Positions 48,284 through 58,307 of a stretch of 64,000 nucleotides of DNA are shown piece after piece. Both the position numbers and the translations under genes were made by a program. This DNA is from Candidatus Velthaea sp. (lineage in GTDB: Bacteria; Vulcanimicrobiota; Vulcanimicrobiia; Vulcanimicrobiales; Vulcanimicrobiaceae): NCBI GenBank assembly GCA_965214935.1, contig CBDCCS010000022.1, positions 544,001-608,000 of the forward strand. The letters are read 5' to 3'. The notes under the pieces are model-generated. The model was not told where the DNA came from, searched no databases, and was given only the letters and a program-made list of their open reading frames with translations. Within the stretch, counting starts at the first letter, position 1. Each line of letters opens with the position of its first letter.

Positions 48284-49516
48284 GTGAAGAGTGGGCGGAT
48301 CGCACCACGAACCGGCGCGTTTGTCATCATGCTGGCGGCTTTAGGCGGACTGGCGCCGCTCGGCATCGACACCAGCTTGCCGGCGCTGCCGCTCATGGCC
48401 CGGGCGCTGCACACCAGCGACGGTCTGGTGCAAGCAACGCTCGGTTCGTTCATGCTGGCATTCGCTGCCGGACAGCTCGTCGTCGGTCCGCTCGCCGACC
48501 GTTACGGTCGCCGCCCGATCGCCATTGCCGGCATGGCGGTCTACACGCTGAGCGGGATCTTTTGCGCGCTCGCATTCGACGCGCGACTGCTCGTCGTCGC
48601 GCGTTTTTTTCAAGGTTTCGGTGCTTGTGCCGGAACGGTGATCGCGCGCGCCGTCATTCGCGATGTCTTCACGGAACGAACGGAATCAGCGCGGATGCAA
48701 GCGTACATCGGCGCGATTTCGGGGTTCATACCGATGCTTGCGCCTTTACTGGGTGCGGCGATCTTACCGCTCGGCTGGCGTGCCATCTATGTCACGCTCG
48801 TCATTGCAGGCGCGCTATTGCTGGCGGTGACAAGCTTACTGCTGCCCGAAACCTTGAAGTCACAAGAGCGAGCGGCCGGCAACGGCTTTCTTGGAATCGC
48901 ACGAAGCTCCGTGCGCTTTCTTGCGATGCCGCGTGCAGTGTCGTTGTGCGCACTTCTCGCCTGTTCGTTTGCCGGTTTGTTTGCCTTCATTAGCGCATCG
49001 CCGTTCGTGCTCGTCCGTGAACTTGGGCTGTCGAGTGCTGCGTTCGGCGTGGCGTTTGCCCTGAGCGCAGCGTCGATCTTCGGCGGAGCCTGGTTTGCCG
49101 GCGCGTTCGCCGACCGCTTTGGATCCGAACGGCTCTTACGGCTCGGATCGGGTGCAGCTGCGATCGCCGGCTGCGGTGCCTTTGCCTTCAACATTGCGTT
49201 GCCGCACGCGCCGCCCGCGCCGTTGTTCGTCGCCGTCATGGCACTTTATGCCGTGGCGTTCGGCGTACTCGTTCCCAACGCGTTCGCCGCGGGAATGGAA
49301 CACGCGGGCGCGATGGCCGGCGTTGCGGCCGGTGTCCTTGGGGCAGCGCAGATGCTCGGCGGTGCAATCGGCAGCACGATCAACGGCGCGCTACCGTTTG
49401 CCCCGCACGTCAACGTCGGGCTCAGTGTTGCGAGCGCGGGCGTTGCAACCGTGCTATGTTATGCGCTATCGACGCGTGCACGTTACGCGCCGCGGGCTAT
49501 CACACCGCCGGCTTGA
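48284..49516 (+). CDS. Bcr/CflA family MFS efflux transporter
   Basis: LGIDTSLPALP, GPLADRYGRRP, RFFQG, RAVIRD, LLPETL, SASPF; about 12 TM segments; start uncertain. Confidence 0.92.
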   Translation: MKSGRIAPRTGAFVIMLAALGGLAPLGIDTSLPALPLMARALHTSDGLVQATLGSFMLAFAAGQLVVGPLADRYGRRPIAIAGMAVYTLSGIFCALAFDARLLVVARFFQGFGACAGTVIARAVIRDVFTERTESARMQAYIGAISGFIPMLAPLLGAAILPLGWRAIYVTLVIAGALLLAVTSLLLPETLKSQERAAGNGFLGIARSSVRFLAMPRAVSLCALLACSFAGLFAFISASPFVLVRELGLSSAAFGVAFALSAASIFGGAWFAGAFADRFGSERLLRLGSGAAAIAGCGAFAFNIALPHAPPAPLFVAVMALYAVAFGVLVPNAFAAGMEHAGAMAGVAAGVLGAAQMLGGAIGSTINGALPFAPHVNVGLSVASAGVATVLCYALSTRARYAPRAITPPA

Positions 49517-50436
49517 AATGCGGTCCGCAAAGCATGCGCCATCACCTCGATCGCGTCGCTCGCGCGATCGAAGCCACCTAAGGTACAAAAGCCGTGCAGC
49601 ATCCCGGCATACACATGTAAGTCGACGGCGACACCGTCGGCTTGCAGACGCCGTGCATACGCTTCGCCCTCATCGCGCAACGGATCGTAGCCGGCGATAA
49701 TGACCACAGCCGGCGGCAGATCGCGTAAATGTGCGGCGCGTAACGGTGACGCGTACGAATTTGTCGCCTCATCCTCCGACACGTAGTGCTGCCAAAACCA
49801 CTGCATTGCACGTGTAGTAAGAAAATAACCGTCGCCGAACGCGGCGTACGACGGCTGCGAGAAGTCGCGATCGGTGACCGGATAGATGAGAACCTGTCCG
49901 ACGAGTCGCGGACCGCCGCGATCGCGTGCGGCAAGCGTCACCGCTGCGGCTAGATTGCCGCCGGCACTATCTCCGCCGACCGCAACTCGGGACGGGTCGG
50001 CGCCGATGTCGGCGGCATGCCCGGCAACCCACGCCGTCGCGGCATACGCATCGTCGAAGGGGACGGGAAAGCGATGTTCGGGCGCCAGACGATAATCGAC
50101 CGAGACCACGATACAGCCCGATCGATTTGCAAGCGTGCGCGCTAGAGCGTCGACGGCCTCGAGGTCGCCGACGACCCAGCCGCCGCCGTGAAAGTAAACC
50201 AGCACGCCGAGGTCGCCGGAGCCGGCGACCGGCACGTAGATACGCAGCGGAATGGGTCCATGCGGTCCGGCGATCGTCCGGTTCTCGATTCGTTCGACAT
50301 CCGGACCGCTAACCGGCTCGACGGCACCGGTGCGCTTATCCGACGCGCGCGCTTCCTGCGGCGTGAGCGTTTCGATCGGCGGCTCGCCGAGCGCGGCAAG
50401 TTCGTCAAGAAAGCGTTGAGCTTGTGGTTCAAGCAT
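49483..50436 (-). CDS. Alpha/beta hydrolase, HSL-family esterase/lipase
   Basis: HGGGW, DYRLAPEH, GDSAGG, DPLRDEG, HGF. Confidence 0.94.
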   Translation of the reverse strand: MLEPQAQRFLDELAALGEPPIETLTPQEARASDKRTGAVEPVSGPDVERIENRTIAGPHGPIPLRIYVPVAGSGDLGVLVYFHGGGWVVGDLEAVDALARTLANRSGCIVVSVDYRLAPEHRFPVPFDDAYAATAWVAGHAADIGADPSRVAVGGDSAGGNLAAAVTLAARDRGGPRLVGQVLIYPVTDRDFSQPSYAAFGDGYFLTTRAMQWFWQHYVSEDEATNSYASPLRAAHLRDLPPAVVIIAGYDPLRDEGEAYARRLQADGVAVDLHVYAGMLHGFCTLGGFDRASDAIEVMAHALRTAFQAGGVIARGA

Positions 50437-50709
50437 GGCAAAGTACCTCAGTTAAGCGCTATCCGGGGACGCGGTCCGGCCTGTCGAGGCTCCGGCGCCC
50501 GCCGGCGCTGTGCTTTGCGCTTAGCGAACGGGTAAGTCAAACGGCGCTTGCGCTTCCGAAACCGCTCTGCTATGAAGTAGGATATTGTTAGATTATTCTT
50601 TCATCTATCGAACTGTTTTGCGCGAATCGTGTAAAGCATTTCCTAGTTGAATTACTAAAGTTCGATTGCTTTTCACCTTTGCAAAGCATCGAACCAAGGA
50701 GGGCGCCGC

Positions 50710-51762
50710 ATGCGAGATTTATCAAACATCCTTCGCGATCTCAAGGCCGGACGTATCGACCGGACCGAATTCCTGCGGCTGACGGCTGCGCTCGGAACAG
50801 CCGCGGCTCTGCCTTTCGGCGTCGGCCGGCTGCCCGCCGCGGCCGCTAATGCCAACGAAACGCCGATGAAGATGGCCAAAAAGGGCAAATACCTCATCGG
50901 GTTCTCGCAGAGCGAACTCAATAACGCCTGGCGTTTCGCGGAACAAACCAGCATGGAGTCCGAGGCGAAAGCGCGCGGCGACAAATACGAACTTAAGTCG
51001 ACGAATGCCAATAGCGACACGAACAAGCAGGTTAGCGACGTTGCCGACCTCATCGCCGCGAAATGCGATCTCATCGTGATTACGCCGCGTGAAGTCGATC
51101 CGTTGCGTGCCGCCACCGACCGGGCAAAAGCTGCGGGCGTACCGGTCATTGAAATTGACCGCTCGAGTAAAGGCGATGCCGGTACCGATTTCATTACCGT
51201 CATTTCGTCCGACTTCATCGGCGAGGGCGAAAAAGTCGGTCATTGGATGGTCGCCAACACGAAGGGTCCGATCAATTACGTCGAGTTCCGCGGCTCGACC
51301 GGCGCTGCGCCCGCAATCGAGCGGCACACCGGCTTCCACAACATCGTCGACGGCGAAAAGCGCTTTGCGCTGCTCGATTCCCAGGACGGCGACTTCACGC
51401 TGGCCGGCGGCAAGAAGCTCATGACGAACTGGATCACGCGCTTCGGACCGAAGATCGACATGATCTTTGCACATAACGATGCGATGGCCGAGGGCGCATT
51501 TCAGGCGCTCAAGGAAGCCGGTTTTAGCAAGAAGCTGTTCGTCGGCTCGATCGACGGCGAGAAGAAAGCAATCGAACAAGTTGCCGCCGGCAACTTCTCG
51601 GTCTGCGTACAGTGCGACCCGCATTACGGCAAGCGCACCTTCGACACGATCGACGCGTACTTTGCAGGTCAAAAGATCGCGCCGAAGATTACGGTTGCCG
51701 ACAAGACGTTCACGGTCGCGAATGCCAAGGGCCTCGTCGACGAAGGTTTCGGCGACGCCTGA
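50710..51762 (+). CDS. Sugar ABC substrate-binding protein (YtfQ-like)
   Basis: Tat-like leader DRTEFLR; IGFSQ...WR, IDR, SSDF, AHNDAMAEGA, SIDG; SD AGGAGG. Confidence 0.9.
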   Translation: MRDLSNILRDLKAGRIDRTEFLRLTAALGTAAALPFGVGRLPAAAANANETPMKMAKKGKYLIGFSQSELNNAWRFAEQTSMESEAKARGDKYELKSTNANSDTNKQVSDVADLIAAKCDLIVITPREVDPLRAATDRAKAAGVPVIEIDRSSKGDAGTDFITVISSDFIGEGEKVGHWMVANTKGPINYVEFRGSTGAAPAIERHTGFHNIVDGEKRFALLDSQDGDFTLAGGKKLMTNWITRFGPKIDMIFAHNDAMAEGAFQALKEAGFSKKLFVGSIDGEKKAIEQVAAGNFSVCVQCDPHYGKRTFDTIDAYFAGQKIAPKITVADKTFTVANAKGLVDEGFGDA

Positions 51763-51803
51763 TCGGTTGCTGACCGGACACGGACAGTCCACGGAATAAC
51801 ACA

Positions 51804-53315
51804 ATGAACAAACTCTTGGAGATGCGCGACATCTCCAAGCATTTTACCGGAGTGCAAGCTCTCGCCGGCGTCGACTTTGATGTCGAAGCCGGCGAGGTGC
51901 ATGCACTCGTCGGGCATAACGGCGCCGGCAAATCGACCCTCATTAAGATCCTTACCGGCGCATACGGACGCGACGGCGGAACGATCGAGGTTGAAGGCCG
52001 GCCGGTTTCTTTTGCAAACCCAGGCGCCGCGCAGGCCGCGGGGATCGGGACCATCTACCAAGAGGTCAACCTGATCCCGTACCTGACGGCTCCCGAAAAT
52101 ATTTTTATGGGTCGCGAGCCGCGCGGCAGCTTCGGCCGCGTCGATTGGCGCAAAATGCGACGGCTCGCCGGCGAGTTGCTCGACGGCTTCGGCGTGGCCT
52201 GCGATCTCGATGCCCCCGTTCTACGGCTCGGTGTCGCAACGCAGCAGATGGTTGCGCTGGCGCGTACCGTCTCGCTCGAATCCAAACTCGTCGTGATGGA
52301 CGAGCCGACGTCGTCGCTCGACGATGCCGAGGTCCGCGTGCTCTTCTCCGTCATTCGCCGGCTGCGCGAACGCGGCGTCGGGCTCATTTATGTCAGTCAC
52401 CGCATGGACGAGAACTTTGCGCTTGCCGACCGGATCACGGTGCTGCGCGGCGGCAAGCTCGTGCGCACGCTGCGCACCGATCAAACCGATCCGATCGAGA
52501 TCATCGCGCTCATGCTCGGCCGCAACGTCGAAGACGTGCGCGCCTCGGGCGTGACGGCATTTAGCGAATCCAAGGTCGACGTCGAACGCGCGCGCGTTCT
52601 CGAAGTCGAGCATCTCTCGCGCGGCAAGATGCCCAACGATATCGGCCTAACCGTGCATCGCGGTGAGATCGTCGGCCTCGCCGGTTTGCTTGGTTCCGGC
52701 CGAACGGAACTCGCTCGCACGATCTTCGGCGCAGACGGCGCAACCGGCGGGACGGTCAAGCTCAACGGTCGCGTCATACGCGCGCAAAGCCCGCACGATG
52801 CCGTGAAGGCAGGTATGGGCCTTGTTTCCGAGGATCGCAAAATCGACGGCATTGTGCCTGCCCTAAGCGTCGCGGATAATATTTTGCTCGCGGCACTTCC
52901 GCTCTTCGCACGGGCGGGAATCCTCGATAAGCGCCGGCAGCGCACCATCGTCGACGAGATGATCAAGCGTCTGGACATTCGCACGCCGAGCCCGACGACG
53001 CCGGTGCGCAATCTTTCCGGCGGCAATCAGCAAAAAGTGCTGCTCGCGCGGTGGCTCTGCCGGCGGCCGGCGCTCTTAATTCTCGACGAGCCCACGCGCG
53101 GCGTCGACGTCGGCGCAAAACTCGAGATTCAGCGCCTCATCGACGAACTGGCGCGAACGGATGGTATGGGTATCCTGATGATCTCCTCGGAGCTCGAAGA
53201 AGTGATCGAAGGCAGCGATCGCGTCGCAGTCATGAAAGACGGCCGCAAGCTCGGCGAATTCGCGCGTGGTGAAGCGACCGAAGACCGCGTGATGAAAGCG
53301 ATCTCCGAAGGATGA
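51804..53315 (+). CDS. Sugar ABC ATP-binding protein (YtfR-like)
   Basis: GHNGAGKST, YQEVNL, MDEPTSSL, LSGGNQQKV, LDEPTRG. Confidence 0.95.
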   Translation: MNKLLEMRDISKHFTGVQALAGVDFDVEAGEVHALVGHNGAGKSTLIKILTGAYGRDGGTIEVEGRPVSFANPGAAQAAGIGTIYQEVNLIPYLTAPENIFMGREPRGSFGRVDWRKMRRLAGELLDGFGVACDLDAPVLRLGVATQQMVALARTVSLESKLVVMDEPTSSLDDAEVRVLFSVIRRLRERGVGLIYVSHRMDENFALADRITVLRGGKLVRTLRTDQTDPIEIIALMLGRNVEDVRASGVTAFSESKVDVERARVLEVEHLSRGKMPNDIGLTVHRGEIVGLAGLLGSGRTELARTIFGADGATGGTVKLNGRVIRAQSPHDAVKAGMGLVSEDRKIDGIVPALSVADNILLAALPLFARAGILDKRRQRTIVDEMIKRLDIRTPSPTTPVRNLSGGNQQKVLLARWLCRRPALLILDEPTRGVDVGAKLEIQRLIDELARTDGMGILMISSELEEVIEGSDRVAVMKDGRKLGEFARGEATEDRVMKAISEG

Positions 53316-54304
53316 GCGCGACGGTTGCCCGTCCCGGGCCGGGGCTCCGGCGAAATGCGATTACGACGGCACTGCGTCGCTTCGGTGCGCCGCTAGGACT
53401 GCTCATTCTGGTCATCGTTGCCTCGGTGCTGAGCCCGAACTTCTTCACCGAATCGAACATTCGGCTACAGTTGCAAGGCTTTGCGCTGACCACCGCGCTC
53501 ATCGCGGTCGGCCAGACGCTCGTTATTCTCACCGGCGGCATCGATCTTTCGGTTGGAGCGCTCATGGCCGTCGCCTCGTGTTTAGGCGGTCAGCTGTTGC
53601 TTAAGGGCGCTCCGCCGATCGTGTTCGTCGTCGTCCCGATCGTGTTGACGACCTTCATCGGCGCACTTTCCGGCACGATTATCGCCAAAGCGCGCATTCA
53701 GCCGATCATCGTGACTCTTGCAGTCATGATCGCGGCGCGCGGTCTCGCGCAGCTAATATCCGGTGATGCGGTGCGCATGCTTGGTGACGCCGTGTACGGC
53801 GGCTTTGCGATCTATCAGATCGGTCCGTTACCGCTGTTGGGACAGATCCCGATTTCGGTCGTGTTGACGATCGCTATTTACGCGTTGACGGCATACCTGC
53901 TGAGTTCGACGGTCGCCGGACGCTACGTCTTCGCCGTCGGCGGGAACGAACGGGCGGCGAAACTTGCCGGCATTGAAGCCGACCGCGTAAAGATCATCGT
54001 TTATGCGGTCAGCGGACTGCTCGCGGGCATCGCCGGCGTACTGCTCGCCGCGCATAACGCCGAGGCGGATCCGACCAACGACGGCATCTACTTCGAGCTC
54101 GCGACGATCGCCGCTGTCGTCGTCGGCGGCACTTCACTGCTCGGCGGTACCGGTGGTGTATGGCGCACGCTTACCGGGGGTCTTATTCTCACCGTGCTGT
54201 ACGCGCTGTTCATTCAAGTCGGACTTCCGACGCAAGCGCAACTCATCGCGCAAGGTCTCATCATTGCCGGAGCCGTGATCCTTCAGGGCGGCGGGGACGC
54301 TTAG
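53312..54304 (+). CDS. Sugar ABC permease (YtfT-like)
   Basis: TGGIDLSVGA, IQPIIVTL..MIAARG, AVGGNE, VVVGGTSL. Confidence 0.93.
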   Translation: MSATVARPGPGLRRNAITTALRRFGAPLGLLILVIVASVLSPNFFTESNIRLQLQGFALTTALIAVGQTLVILTGGIDLSVGALMAVASCLGGQLLLKGAPPIVFVVVPIVLTTFIGALSGTIIAKARIQPIIVTLAVMIAARGLAQLISGDAVRMLGDAVYGGFAIYQIGPLPLLGQIPISVVLTIAIYALTAYLLSSTVAGRYVFAVGGNERAAKLAGIEADRVKIIVYAVSGLLAGIAGVLLAAHNAEADPTNDGIYFELATIAAVVVGGTSLLGGTGGVWRTLTGGLILTVLYALFIQVGLPTQAQLIAQGLIIAGAVILQGGGDA

Positions 54305-54305
54305 C

Positions 54306-55367
54306 GTGTCCGTTCAGCAAGCTGGTGCGGCGCCGCCGCCCGCCGGAGACGTTCGTCCGCTCGCAACGCGCATCGCGCTTTTCGCGCTCAACGAAAACGC
54401 GCTGCTGCTTTTAATAGCTTTGCTGCTTGCCTGCGGTTTGCTGTCGCCGAATTTCCTGAGTCCGCAGAATCTTGCAAATCTCGCCGATCAGATGCCGATC
54501 TTCGCGATTCTCGCAGCCGGACAATTGCTCGTCATTCTAACCGGCGGCATCGACCTCTCCGTCGGATCCGTGCTCGCGCTTTGCGCATTTTTCGCAGCAT
54601 CGATGTCCTTTCACGGGATCGTTCCTGCCATTCTCGTGCCGCTGCTCGTCGGCGGTGGAGTCGGTCTCATCAACGGCTTCGGCGCCGCCTATACGCGCGT
54701 TCCGCCGTTCATCATCACTTTAGCGATGCTCTCGATCGCGCGAGGTTTTGCCTTGCAGTCGGCGGCGTGGTACAACGGCGGTTCGATCACCGGTGCAGGT
54801 GCAGCGCCGGTCAGCGCGAGCCGCGACTTCGGCTTTCCGCTGGTAAGCTCCGGATCGATTCTCGGATTACCGATCGCCGCTCTCATTGCAATTGCGGTCT
54901 TCGCGCTCGTTGCCTACGTTCTGCGTTACGAACCGTTCGGCCGGCACGTGTACGCCGTCGGCGGCAACGAGCCGGCGGCTTTGCTGCTCGGCGTCAACGT
55001 CAAACGAGTGAAGCTTCTCGTTTACACCATTAGCGGAGTACTCGCCGGTCTCGCCGGAACGCTGTATGCATCGCGCGAAGGCTCGGCGCCGCCGACGGCC
55101 GCCAGCGGGTATGAACTCGATGCAATTACCGCAGTTGTCGTCGGCGGCGCGCTGCTGACCGGCGGTGCCGGTACGGTCCGAGGCACGGTGATCGGCCTAC
55201 TGATCGTGCGTATTTTACCGAACATCTTCAATCTGCTCGGACTCGATCCGGCCTGGCAGCAAGTTGCCCGCGGCGGCGTGCTGCTCGCTGTGGTGCTAAT
55301 CCAAATTCCGATGATCGCGGCAAACGCCGCTCGCAAATCTGCCGGTATCGCGGCCGCGGCCGCCTAA
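54306..55367 (+). CDS. Sugar ABC permease (YjfF-like)
   Basis: TGGIDLSVGS, PPFIITL, GRHVYAVGGNE, YELDAITAVVVGG. Confidence 0.93.
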   Translation: MSVQQAGAAPPPAGDVRPLATRIALFALNENALLLLIALLLACGLLSPNFLSPQNLANLADQMPIFAILAAGQLLVILTGGIDLSVGSVLALCAFFAASMSFHGIVPAILVPLLVGGGVGLINGFGAAYTRVPPFIITLAMLSIARGFALQSAAWYNGGSITGAGAAPVSASRDFGFPLVSSGSILGLPIAALIAIAVFALVAYVLRYEPFGRHVYAVGGNEPAALLLGVNVKRVKLLVYTISGVLAGLAGTLYASREGSAPPTAASGYELDAITAVVVGGALLTGGAGTVRGTVIGLLIVRILPNIFNLLGLDPAWQQVARGGVLLAVVLIQIPMIAANAARKSAGIAAAAA

Positions 55368-55372
55368 TCGGC

Positions 55373-56065
55373 TTAGACGGAATCGACTGTCGGCAACAGC
55401 GTCGTCGGCTCCGTTGTTGCGCCGCCGGCCGGAACGTGCGGCGCTTTCGAGTCGCCGGATCGTGCAATCTCAGCAACGGGATGCCGCGAGATCGTGAACT
55501 CGTCGGTCACGACAACTTGCTTTTGTACGTCAAGCTGATCTTCGCTGAGCGGAATGCTCAACTCTTGAGCCGCTCCGATCGGCGTTGCCGGCGAGCTAAG
55601 CGCACTGTCATCGAGCTGCCGGCGTTCAACGTACACCTCATCGTGCGTAACCGGAACATCGATCGACTGCTCCTCAGTCACGACGTGTTTAGTGACGCCG
55701 CCTTCTAATACGGCTGCCGATGACGCTCCGACAAGTACCGCATCGATCGGCGCGCCGACAGGTTCAAGCGGCAAAACCAGCGCTGACGCCGTCTGCCGGC
55801 GTTGCGATAATGCAAAAATTCCAACCAGTACGCCTGCGGTCATTAGCCCGAAGCTAAGCATCGAAAGCGCTCTCGAATCGCTGCGAGAACGATTGTCGCT
55901 CGGCGATTCGACCACGATACTTTGCACCGGTAGCGCATCGCTTCCGGCGTTAGAAGTAAATCGGCTTTTCAATAGCCGTACGATGTTCAACCCCGTCGTA
56001 GATCGCGGCGATATGCTCGTGCTTCCAAGATCGGCAGACGACGTTGTCGCGTTGATTTCATTCAT
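55373..56065 (-). CDS. Membrane-anchored protein with DUF2382 (YsnF/AvaK) domain
   Basis: One TM segment; KHVVTEEQSIDVPVTHDEVYVERR...IPLSEDQLDVQKQVVVTDE. Confidence 0.75.
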   Translation of the reverse strand: MNEINATTSSADLGSTSISPRSTTGLNIVRLLKSRFTSNAGSDALPVQSIVVESPSDNRSRSDSRALSMLSFGLMTAGVLVGIFALSQRRQTASALVLPLEPVGAPIDAVLVGASSAAVLEGGVTKHVVTEEQSIDVPVTHDEVYVERRQLDDSALSSPATPIGAAQELSIPLSEDQLDVQKQVVVTDEFTISRHPVAEIARSGDSKAPHVPAGGATTEPTTLLPTVDSV

Positions 56066-56221
56066 GAGGTATTGTACTTTCCGCTAGGCTCTCGTGTCCG
56101 GCGGCACCCGCCGAATGCTCCGGATACCTGTTGTGATGGCCGGCGGTTTTGACCTGGCATTCAACCAAGACGGTCGGCTTCAACGCGCGACCCCGAAGAA
56201 ATACCGGCGGACGGTGCGCGC

Positions 56222-56244
56222 AAAACGCCCGCGGCGTTTTTTTT
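56222..56244 (+). terminator. Intrinsic terminator, strongest in the plus orientation
   Basis: AAAACGCC-cgc-GGCGTTTT with an 8-T run. Confidence 0.6.
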
Positions 56245-56536
56245 CCCGCGCAACGCGAAACGATCGGACGTCCGGCGGCGATCGTGCGGATGCGCGCCGG
56301 CGTGCTCACGCAGCGTACGCGTTCTCTGCGCGAGGTCGATCGGCGAAGCGCGGCCGTACGAACGACAGCACATCGTGCACGAGCAACAGCATCGACTATG
56401 CGGCCGACCGACCTCAGCGCTAAGCTAGATCGCCGCGGCAACGCCGATCCATATATCTATTCTCAATTGTCGCTCAAGCTGTCGACGCACGTAAGTGCAA
56501 ACGATCGACGTGAGCGCGATCATCGCCGGTCGACGG

Positions 56537-56752
56537 TTATGCGGAGCCGGGTCCGTGCGCTTCGGCAAAGCCGCAAAAATAAAGCGTAATACCGTCGGAC
56601 GTTGCGATCATCGTGCGATCGCCTTCGACGGCCGCAGCCGCGATCGTTTTGCCGGTGATCGCGTCAAGGAAGCGCCGCGCTTGCATAAACTCCGCCGCTT
56701 TCAAACCATCCGGATCAAGCTCGAATGTGGTTCCGTTCAGCCGGTCGTTCAT
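56537..56752 (-). CDS. Small hypothetical protein (71 aa)
   Basis: ATG 5 nt after the receiver gene stop; MNDRLNG...ITGKTIAAAAVEGDRTMIATSDGITLYF. Confidence 0.6.
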   Translation of the reverse strand: MNDRLNGTTFELDPDGLKAAEFMQARRFLDAITGKTIAAAAVEGDRTMIATSDGITLYFCGFAEAHGPGSA

Positions 56753-56757
56753 CTGCT

Positions 56758-57276
56758 TTATTGCTCGTGAAACGTCGTGCGTGCCGAACGCCGGTCGAAG
56801 GTCGACGGCGTTCGCAACCAGCGCTTGAAGCAACGTTCGAGTTCGCTCCGATCGAGCGGTTTACTCAAGCAATCATTCATGCCCGCTGCGCGGCATCCGG
56901 CCAGATCGGCCGCTCCGTTGCGCGAGAGTCCGACGATCGGAATGGCCGACGGTCTCGTCCGTTCGATACGCCGCCAGCGCCGTGTCGCCTCGAGACCGGA
57001 CATGTCGGGCATCTCGCAGTCCATGAGGACCAAGCGAAATGCTGACGACGCTTCGAGGGCCGCAAGTGCATCGGAACCGGAACCAACGACTTCCACGCAG
57101 GCACCAAGTTCGCCTGAAACAACGGTCGCCCGTAGCTGTTCGATCGCGTTGTCGTCAACGATGAGAATTCTCTCGAAACGAAGATCGTGTACCCGGCGAC
57201 CCCCTGGTGCGAGCGTACATGACGGCGCCGCCGTGTCAAAGCCGGTCACGACTGCGCGAGAAGAAACGAACTCCAT
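56758..57276 (-). CDS. Stand-alone response regulator receiver (hybrid-kinase-type REC)
   Basis: ILIVDDN, VLMDCEMP.MSG, IPIVGLS, AGMNDCLSKP; GGAGG upstream of ATG. Confidence 0.88.
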   Translation of the reverse strand: MEFVSSRAVVTGFDTAAPSCTLAPGGRRVHDLRFERILIVDDNAIEQLRATVVSGELGACVEVVGSGSDALAALEASSAFRLVLMDCEMPDMSGLEATRRWRRIERTRPSAIPIVGLSRNGAADLAGCRAAGMNDCLSKPLDRSELERCFKRWLRTPSTFDRRSARTTFHEQ

Positions 57277-57451
57277 ATCGATCGTCTGCCTCCATCCGTG
57301 TTCTGCGACCAGCGCGGTTGCAGTGCCGTTTTGTACCGTTGCAAAACAGCGCTAAAACCTGCGGACGGCCGGCTACGTCAAAGCCTTACATAACGCTTGC
57401 ACCGATCCGGACATTCGTTGAAGCCAGGACCGCATAGGTTTGGGCGCCAAG

Positions 57452-57463
57452 ATTGTCGCCAAT
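57452..57463. promoter_or_regulatory. Putative GntR/FCD autoregulatory operator
   Basis: ATTGTCGCCAAT, one mismatch from the palindrome ATTGTCGACAAT, directly upstream of the GntR gene. Confidence 0.45.
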
Positions 57464-57494
57464 AATGCCGCCGATTTTTACCGACGTCGCCGAC

Positions 57495-58163
57495 ATGCCG
57501 GTTCGGGGTCGCTCTTCGAGCGACGTGGCCGAGCTTTTGCGGCGCGCGATCGTCGCGGGAGCGCTGGCTCCGAACGAGCGGCTCGTTGAGTTAAGTTTGG
57601 CGCGCCAGCTGGAAACGAATCGGGCCGTCGTCCGCGGCGCGCTCGCGCAACTCGAACAACAACGGCTAATCGTGCGCGAGCCCAATCGCGGCGTTCGCGT
57701 TCGCGCGTATAGTGCCGAAGAAGCCGCCGAGATCCTTGAAACACGCGCGTCGCTCGAAGGTCTGGTCGCACGCCGGGCAGCGAAAAGCTTCGATGCTGCG
57801 GCCGCACAGCAGCTTCGCGGCGTGCTCGATGCAATGCATGCATGCCGCGACAACGCAGATCTCCTCGGCTACTCGAAGTTGAACGGGCAATTTCATCGCA
57901 CGATTCTTGAAATCGGCCATCATGAAACCGCGTCGATGTTGTTGGCGGTGCTCCAGTCGCAAGCCGTGCGCTATCAGTTTCGCACGGTCCTCGAACCAGG
58001 CCGCATCGGCCGCTCCCTCGCCGAGCACGAAGCGATCTATGCTGCGTTCGTCGCGCATGATGAACACGCGGCTGAGCAAGCAATGCACGCCCACATCCGC
58101 GCCGTTGCCGATACCGTCCGTTCGATCGGCGCCGGCGATTTAGAGCATCACAAAGCAATGTAG
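57495..58163 (+). CDS. GntR family transcriptional regulator (FCD)
   Basis: LRRAIVAG.LAPNERLVE, R..VRGAL, PNRG, N..FH, EHEAI, MHAH; start 57465 or 57495. Confidence 0.93.
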   Translation: MPVRGRSSSDVAELLRRAIVAGALAPNERLVELSLARQLETNRAVVRGALAQLEQQRLIVREPNRGVRVRAYSAEEAAEILETRASLEGLVARRAAKSFDAAAAQQLRGVLDAMHACRDNADLLGYSKLNGQFHRTILEIGHHETASMLLAVLQSQAVRYQFRTVLEPGRIGRSLAEHEAIYAAFVAHDEHAAEQAMHAHIRAVADTVRSIGAGDLEHHKAM

Positions 58164-58307
58164 CCGGCGTGCAGCACACGCCGGACAAGCCGCCTCAGCG
58201 GCACCCGACGCCGTTCATCGATCTTCTCCGGTAAACTTACGTAGTTCGACCGCTTGTCCTAATCGCATTAACGCATGAAAAATATCTCAACCGTTTGGAG
58301 GATTTCC

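Noticed and set aside
50580..50665. LacI/ROK-type operator in the AT-rich promoter of the YtfQ-like operon
   Set aside because: Only weak partial symmetry and no cognate regulator nearby, so no specific site can be supported.
50722..51804. 360-aa antisense ORF opposite the sugar SBP, plus the many other Arg/Ala-rich overlapping ORFs
   Set aside because: Shadow frames expected from high-GC codon bias; no motifs, and fully overlapped by well-supported genes.
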